From a virus (taxonomy: Duplodnaviria > Caudoviricetes), in IMG/VR virus record IMGVR_UViG_3300033151_000226, positions 1-58,994 of that record: 58,994 bases of DNA; one strand, written 5' to 3'. A model generated the notes under the pieces. It searched no databases. It was not told the origin of the DNA and saw only the letters and a list, made by a program, of their open reading frames with translations. This document shows, piece after piece, positions 54,717-58,994 of this stretch; within the stretch, counting starts at the first letter, position 1, and every line of letters begins with the position of its first letter. The position numbers and the translations under genes are program-made.

Positions 54717-55711
54717 GGCGGTGTATATCTATCCCACGTAATCCGTCCCTTGAATGTGAAGTTCGTAGTGTTGTTGTGCAAAACACCCTTACCTGTGCCT
54801 TGATTGATTAAGCTAATCTGCCAGTTCCCAGAAGGAGTATCCCATCTGAGGGCTCTTATCCCTTCTGGACCAATGTTTTCGTGGGCATTTATGTCAAAAA
54901 ACAATGTATTCTCATTATAGTGATTACCATTCACATAGGGTAAATAGGTCGGGAAAGAACCAACTCCTTCGTCCTGAAGCGTCGGGGATCCAGTAACCAG
55001 TCCTAAATCCCCCGAATACACATAAAAACCCACGCACCGCCCAAGCGGACCAGTAGAGCCCGCTACTGATAGATACCCAACAACCGCGGGCCGAATCACC
55101 CAATCAAACGTCTGGCTGTCGATAACGATAGTGCCAGTTACGTCTGTTAATACTGGCTGGTAAAACCGGAACTCATAGGTAACGTCCAAAATCTCATCAA
55201 ACAACACGGTGACTGTAATTGGATCTCCGTTACCATCCTTAATCAGAGATCGCGTTGTCAGATCTCCTGTTCCAAGAGCCATACCTGCCCCAACTTCTGC
55301 CAGAATACCCTCTGCGATCCCAATCCCGAACCTGTATGTTCTCCGAGAAAACTTATAGTACGGATCACCTGCAGAACCATCACCGCCAACACCCCTTTCT
55401 TCAAATTGAAGGGCACCAGCTTCCGCTACGTGAGCAACCAAAGCCGCATCGCCAACCGCAGGCACCGGCACCGCACCAGTACCAACACGACAATAGCCAC
55501 TGTACTGTGGCGGGAGTGACGTTGTGGCGCCACTATTACCGAAATTATCCATCCCTGTATCAGTTATTAAATTATTCTGCCACGGCGCTACCGTTCGCCT
55601 GGTTCCGTCCGGCCTGGTAATCCCCATCTTAAAGAGTCCAGCTACGCCTACATGGGCGTTAAGCATTGGCTTTCTTTTTGGTGCTGCTTTCATTTCTGTT
55701 TTCCTATACAT
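54713..55711 (-). CDS. Tail-associated structural protein
   Basis: 'NLITD.G', 'C.VGTG...P...D.AL', 'G.L.EVG', 'R.LIKD..G.P....V...E.LDV.YE'. Confidence 0.65.
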   Translation of the reverse strand: MYRKTEMKAAPKRKPMLNAHVGVAGLFKMGITRPDGTRRTVAPWQNNLITDTGMDNFGNSGATTSLPPQYSGYCRVGTGAVPVPAVGDAALVAHVAEAGALQFEERGVGGDGSAGDPYYKFSRRTYRFGIGIAEGILAEVGAGMALGTGDLTTRSLIKDGNGDPITVTVLFDEILDVTYEFRFYQPVLTDVTGTIVIDSQTFDWVIRPAVVGYLSVAGSTGPLGRCVGFYVYSGDLGLVTGSPTLQDEGVGSFPTYLPYVNGNHYNENTLFFDINAHENIGPEGIRALRWDTPSGNWQISLINQGTGKGVLHNNTTNFTFKGRITWDRYTPP

Positions 55712-56201
55712 GAATCAAGGTTGCATCCTCTATGCTGAACTCTGTAGTCGCCGTGTCTGCTGGCTGATCGTGAGCAAGGTAGCTAACAACAATGATCAAC
55801 GAAACATCTTCTACGCTGAACTCGGTCTGAGCGTTTTCATCCGGTGCTACAAAATCAACATAGCCAACAACAATGACCAGATCGGCTGAAACTGGACTAA
55901 ACGCCGACTGCGCGTATTCAGTTGGTGCGATAAAATCAATGTAATCGACAACAATCTCTAAGGACGCATCCTCAATAGAAAACGCTGTATCTGCTGTATC
56001 AACACTGATTGACCTGTTGTACGCATCGGTCAATGAAAACGCGGTTGATGCGTGATCTTCCGCATAGACCGGATACGGGACACTGGTAAGGTACACGAAC
56101 TCATAACAATGAAGCGGCAATAATGGATCTTTGGCTTCCGCGATCATTGCCGGGGTAATGGCATAAACCGGCCCAACCGAAGGGCGAATCACGTTGACCA
56201 T
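55704..56201 (-). CDS. Acidic repeat-containing structural protein
   Basis: 'YLTS.PYPV' and internal approximately 27-aa repeats 'FS.EDA.L...V.Y'. Confidence 0.6.
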   Translation of the reverse strand: MVNVIRPSVGPVYAITPAMIAEAKDPLLPLHCYEFVYLTSVPYPVYAEDHASTAFSLTDAYNRSISVDTADTAFSIEDASLEIVVDYIDFIAPTEYAQSAFSPVSADLVIVVGYVDFVAPDENAQTEFSVEDVSLIIVVSYLAHDQPADTATTEFSIEDATLIHV

Positions 56202-56204
56202 GGC

Positions 56205-56354
56205 TTATCCCGTAATGTTTTTTACAAATCGTTTCAGTGCTGCCCTTGCACGTAAACAGCCTTCGCAGGGCTCAATCAGCTTGCGGATCCTCTCAATGGG
56301 GCTCCTACGTTGAATAGTTTTGGGCGGGGTGGGGGTGAACCTTCTTCTATTCAA
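56205..56354 (-). CDS. 49-aa basic peptide with CxxC (not in ORF track)
   Basis: TTG start overlapping upstream TGA; 'PCEGCLRARAALK'. Confidence 0.45.
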   Translation of the reverse strand: MNRRRFTPTPPKTIQRRSPIERIRKLIEPCEGCLRARAALKRFVKNITG

Positions 56355-56623
56355 CGTGGTGGCTGGACAAGTGGCGCAATGCTTAGAATGATATCCCGGA
56401 CCGCTTCAACGTCCCCGCCGTTGGATACTTCGCCCGCTTCCAGGTCGAAAGTGCCGGTGGATCTGTTGTACCTGATCTTGATACCGCCATTGAACTCACG
56501 GTATGAGTGCACCTTCATTTTGGTCAAGGTGCCGGTATCCGGGTTTACCCGTTCGGCTTCGTAAGTAGTTACGCACCCGGACAGGGCGAAGATGATTGTA
56601 AGTAAGAGGAATAGCGGCTTCAT
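56351..56623 (-). CDS. Lipoprotein (possible o-spanin-like)
   Basis: MKPLFLLLTIIFALSG-C lipobox; lysis region. Confidence 0.7.
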   Translation of the reverse strand: MKPLFLLLTIIFALSGCVTTYEAERVNPDTGTLTKMKVHSYREFNGGIKIRYNRSTGTFDLEAGEVSNGGDVEAVRDIILSIAPLVQPPR

Positions 56624-57204
56624 TTGGTGTGCTCCAGTATAAAAGTTTGGCAATACTTCCATGTGGTTCGTTTCCACCGGGGGTTAAACCAAGCTGAGTG
56701 GCCGGGGATCCTGTTGTCCTTAACGTTCGTGTTGCGGTTGTCATTGCCTTGATAGCCAACCGCGCCCATGCGTCCCCAGGGGTGCTTGAAAGGAATGAAC
56801 GTAGCCAGCTTCACCCAAAAATCATGTTTGGTGTGCAATACCAGCTGGCGCCGAACAGCTCCGGGGATCTGCGTCTTGTAGTTGAGAGCCGGGCTTATAT
56901 GGATCACAAGGATCTTGTTGTTGTAGTCCGGGCCCATCATATCGAGAGCTTGCGTTGTGAAGTTTCCACCGTTGCTGTGGTCAAGGATCACGTCAGCTGT
57001 CTCGAAGGCTTTGGCCAGTCGATACAGTACCCGGCTTTTCCGATACGCCTTGAACATGCGGATCATCCAGATATTGAAATACCCGTAATCGCCTTCGTCC
57101 TCGTCAACATCGTGGCCCCCGGCTCGTATGTAGGGTATCAGCTGGTCCGTGGTGTTTCTTCCACCGTCCCGGACATTGAAGCCGTGCACTATTACGAAAC
57201 GCAT
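56620..57204 (-). CDS. Alpha/beta hydrolase (esterase/lipase-like)
   Basis: 'VIVHGF', nucleophile elbow 'HSNGG', 'D..V', 'GHS.WF'. Confidence 0.75.
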   Translation of the reverse strand: MRFVIVHGFNVRDGGRNTTDQLIPYIRAGGHDVDEDEGDYGYFNIWMIRMFKAYRKSRVLYRLAKAFETADVILDHSNGGNFTTQALDMMGPDYNNKILVIHISPALNYKTQIPGAVRRQLVLHTKHDFWVKLATFIPFKHPWGRMGAVGYQGNDNRNTNVKDNRIPGHSAWFNPRWKRTTWKYCQTFILEHTK

Positions 57205-57207
57205 AAT

Positions 57208-57480
57208 CTACTTCCTTTTCTTTGCGGCCTGGTACTCACCAACACGCTTAACAGCTTGCCGGCCCTTTGTCCGGTTGACGGATCTGCCTGGCGTAACAGC
57301 TGCCTTTATGTTCTCTTTGGCTCCGCGCATATCCTGGAGGATCATGCCGTGCTCACCCATGATTTCCTTGCGCTTCTTTTTCCGGCTCTGTACCCGGTCA
57401 ATGCGCTTGTTCAATTTCTTCACGGTATGCGTGATGAAACCGTCTTTGCCAGTCTTGCTCTCGTATCTGCTGTCAGTCAT
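57208..57480 (-). CDS. K/R-rich basic protein
   Basis: 90-aa ATGA-coupled ORF. Confidence 0.6.
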   Translation of the reverse strand: MTDSRYESKTGKDGFITHTVKKLNKRIDRVQSRKKKRKEIMGEHGMILQDMRGAKENIKAAVTPGRSVNRTKGRQAVKRVGEYQAAKKRK

Positions 57481-57566
57481 TTGCGGGATCTCCGGCGTTG
57501 TTTGCGGGCCTGTGCGTGCTTAGAAACCCTTTTGCGTGGGTTGGATCCTTCACCGTCAGTTGGCAT
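57477..57566 (-). CDS. 29-aa R/K-rich peptide (not in ORF track)
   Basis: AAGGAG RBS; MPTDGEGSNPRKRVSKHAQARKQRRRSRK; ATGA overlap. Confidence 0.55.
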   Translation of the reverse strand: MPTDGEGSNPRKRVSKHAQARKQRRRSRK

Positions 57567-57578
57567 AACATCTCTCCT

Positions 57579-58046
57579 TCATCCCATTACCCACTGGCCC
57601 TGCCAGTCAGTGTTTGCGATCGCTTCCGCGAGAGCCCTTGCGGGCCTGGGTGTTTGGTGCCACCACCGGGAATCTTTCATTTCCATTACCCAACCATCCA
57701 CGTCACCGATCATTACAGCTTCGCGCATACGAAGGAACCTGGACAGCTTGCGTATCCCCAGTTGGAAACCCATGTGAATTAACACTTCCTGCTCAACACC
57801 ATGCAAGATATCAAAACGGCCAGCATATAGAGCTTGGCACCCGGCTATTGCTTCGAGTAGATCCGATCGCACTTCAACCAGGGCGGCTACTTTGGTGACT
57901 GCTGGTGTATCAGCTGTTACTCGCTCCCCGGCCCATATCGTTGAACCGAAGCCTATGGTCCACACGCCAAGGGTGTCGAGATATGCCGCTGGCCTAAAAC
58001 CCTCGAACATACATTGGCGGCTTATCAGGTGCGATACAGTGAACAT
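57579..58046 (-). CDS. Endolysin, T4-lysozyme-like muramidase (GH24)
   Basis: 'FEG.....Y.DTLG.WTIGFG' E-X8-D-X5-T triad; 'M.FQLG', 'DSRW..QTP'. Confidence 0.92.
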   Translation of the reverse strand: MFTVSHLISRQCMFEGFRPAAYLDTLGVWTIGFGSTIWAGERVTADTPAVTKVAALVEVRSDLLEAIAGCQALYAGRFDILHGVEQEVLIHMGFQLGIRKLSRFLRMREAVMIGDVDGWVMEMKDSRWWHQTPRPARALAEAIANTDWQGQWVMG

Positions 58047-58057
58047 AATTTTTATCC

Positions 58058-58092
58058 AAAAAAAACCCCGGCAAGGGGGGGAGCCGGGGTTT
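58058..58092 (-). terminator. Intrinsic terminator upstream of the late operon
   Basis: AAACCCCGGC-loop-GCCGGGG followed by T8 on the minus strand. Confidence 0.8.
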
Positions 58093-58151
58093 GAGTATTA
58101 CACCACGAACGGTAAATGATGTAATGGCACTTAATATCAGGGATCTATTTC

Positions 58152-58192
58152 AAGATACACTGATTCTCAGGTATTGGTGCAAGTCGTGTCAA
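58152..58192 (-). promoter_or_regulatory. Candidate late promoter (pR'-like)
   Basis: TTGACA (58192-58187) N18 GAGAAT (58168-58163), then -10-like TATCTT (58157-58152). Confidence 0.5.
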
Positions 58193-58198
58193 ATAATT

Positions 58199-58381
58199 TT
58201 ACCGGCCACCCCCGCCAATGTTTATAAATGGATCCTCGTTTAGATTCCGCGTAGTAGGCCAGCTCACTTCCCCGGTTGATTCATCCTTGTACTGGCCGTT
58301 CGGTAGTCTCCTGGTTATCGGATAGGTTTGTTTCTGCTCGGTGCTTTTCTCTTTATCGTCCTTCACTTTCTGTTCTCCCAT
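58199..58381 (-). CDS. Hypothetical protein (start may be GTG at 58366)
   Basis: Last ORF of the leftward operon; GGAG before the GTG. Confidence 0.55.
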   Translation of the reverse strand: MGEQKVKDDKEKSTEQKQTYPITRRLPNGQYKDESTGEVSWPTTRNLNEDPFINIGGGGR

Positions 58382-58464
58382 ATTGAGTTAAGTATCCAGC
58401 CAAGGCCCACAAGGAGCCCGGCCACTATTGCTAACAATGAATAGATCCACCAGTCGTCAGTCAT
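58363..58464 (-). CDS. 33-aa single-TM peptide (not in ORF track)
   Basis: MTDDWWIYSLLAIVAGLLVGLGWILNSIWENRK; fills the gap between neighbours. Confidence 0.55.
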   Translation of the reverse strand: MTDDWWIYSLLAIVAGLLVGLGWILNSIWENRK

Positions 58465-58467
58465 GCT

Positions 58468-58719
58468 TCACCACCTTTGAGCTTCTTGCTCTGCTGCCAG
58501 TTCGCTCTCCAGATCGTCTATACGGCTTTCCAACTCAACAATGCGCCGGGCCAAGGCCACTTCATAAGGAAGGTTCTTGTCTACCACGATCGGCGTATTG
58601 AACTGCAAGATTTCGTGATCCCCTTCGGGCCCAGGTATTCCGATCCCAACTTCTGTAATGGCGCGATCTGAGTTTGGTGCCATGCTTCGTGCGAATTTAT
58701 ACTTCATGGAGCTGGCCAC
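58468..58719 (-). CDS. Hypothetical protein with coiled-coil C-terminus
   Basis: 'RIVELESRIDDLESEL'. Confidence 0.6.
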   Translation of the reverse strand: MASSMKYKFARSMAPNSDRAITEVGIGIPGPEGDHEILQFNTPIVVDKNLPYEVALARRIVELESRIDDLESELAAEQEAQRW

Positions 58720-58961
58720 GCAAGCAACCGATTGAGCTCACTATTCACTGTGATTTCGTGACTTCTTCGATCGTGGTTAGCCTGGGAGCCGTTTCGAGCC
58801 CGGCACTTCGCCCGGCAAAAGCTACACGACTTGGCTTGCTCGGTAAATCCGCGGGCCTTCATATCTTTGACAAACTCCGCTGGTGGATAGTCCCTGCCGC
58901 ATTTAGGGCAATGTATGTCTCTCTCTTTCATGTTGTTCCCCAAGGGTAAGGCGGGGCACAC
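58704..58961 (-). CDS. Small Zn-finger protein
   Basis: CPKC ... CSFC; likely start MKERD at 58931. Confidence 0.6.
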   Translation of the reverse strand: MCPALPLGNNMKERDIHCPKCGRDYPPAEFVKDMKARGFTEQAKSCSFCRAKCRARNGSQANHDRRSHEITVNSELNRLLAWPAP

Positions 58962-58994
58962 GGCCCCGCCTGTGGTGGTTACGGCTGGCCTTTT
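58881..58994. repeat. Terminal direct repeat, right copy
   Basis: Identical to 1-114. Confidence 0.97.

Noticed and set aside
56698-57777. 359-aa plus-strand ORF
   Set aside because: Spans four coupled minus-strand genes, and the translation has no recognisable features
1-58994. Reverse transcriptase/DGR, integrase, DNA polymerase, preQ0 synthesis genes
   Set aside because: No diagnostic motifs recognised in the listed ORFs; absence is by eye only

Overview
The window looks like a complete circularly permuted dsDNA phage genome: bases 1-114 are repeated exactly at 58881-58994, giving a unit length of about 58,880 bp. Terminase, portal, capsid, adaptors and a giant DarB-like ejection protein point to a podovirus of the Bcep22/F116 style; the SSB suggests a proteobacterial host (inference). 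Layout: (i) a leftward early arm (ERF, lambda-type exonuclease, SSB, DUF2303, small ORFs) that wraps through the end of the window; (ii) a divergent rightward arm (HTH, O/P-like replication, NinB, Ref-like HNH, VRR-NUC, Q-like, Zn-finger/RNAP alpha-CTD fusion); (iii) a 46 kb minus-strand late operon from lysis genes to a 6100-aa polyvalent protein. Best leads: the 6100-aa protein appears to carry a C5-cytosine MTase, a TGT/DpdA-like transglycosylase and an N6-MTase-SNF2 (DarB) module in tandem; two genes with their own RBS appear overprinted out of frame inside it (one TnpV-like, with an internal extended -10 promoter); and GGATCC/RGATCY is strongly over-represented. No integrase, CI-type repressor, tRNA or CRISPR array was recognised. 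All family calls come from motif recognition by eye, not database searches.
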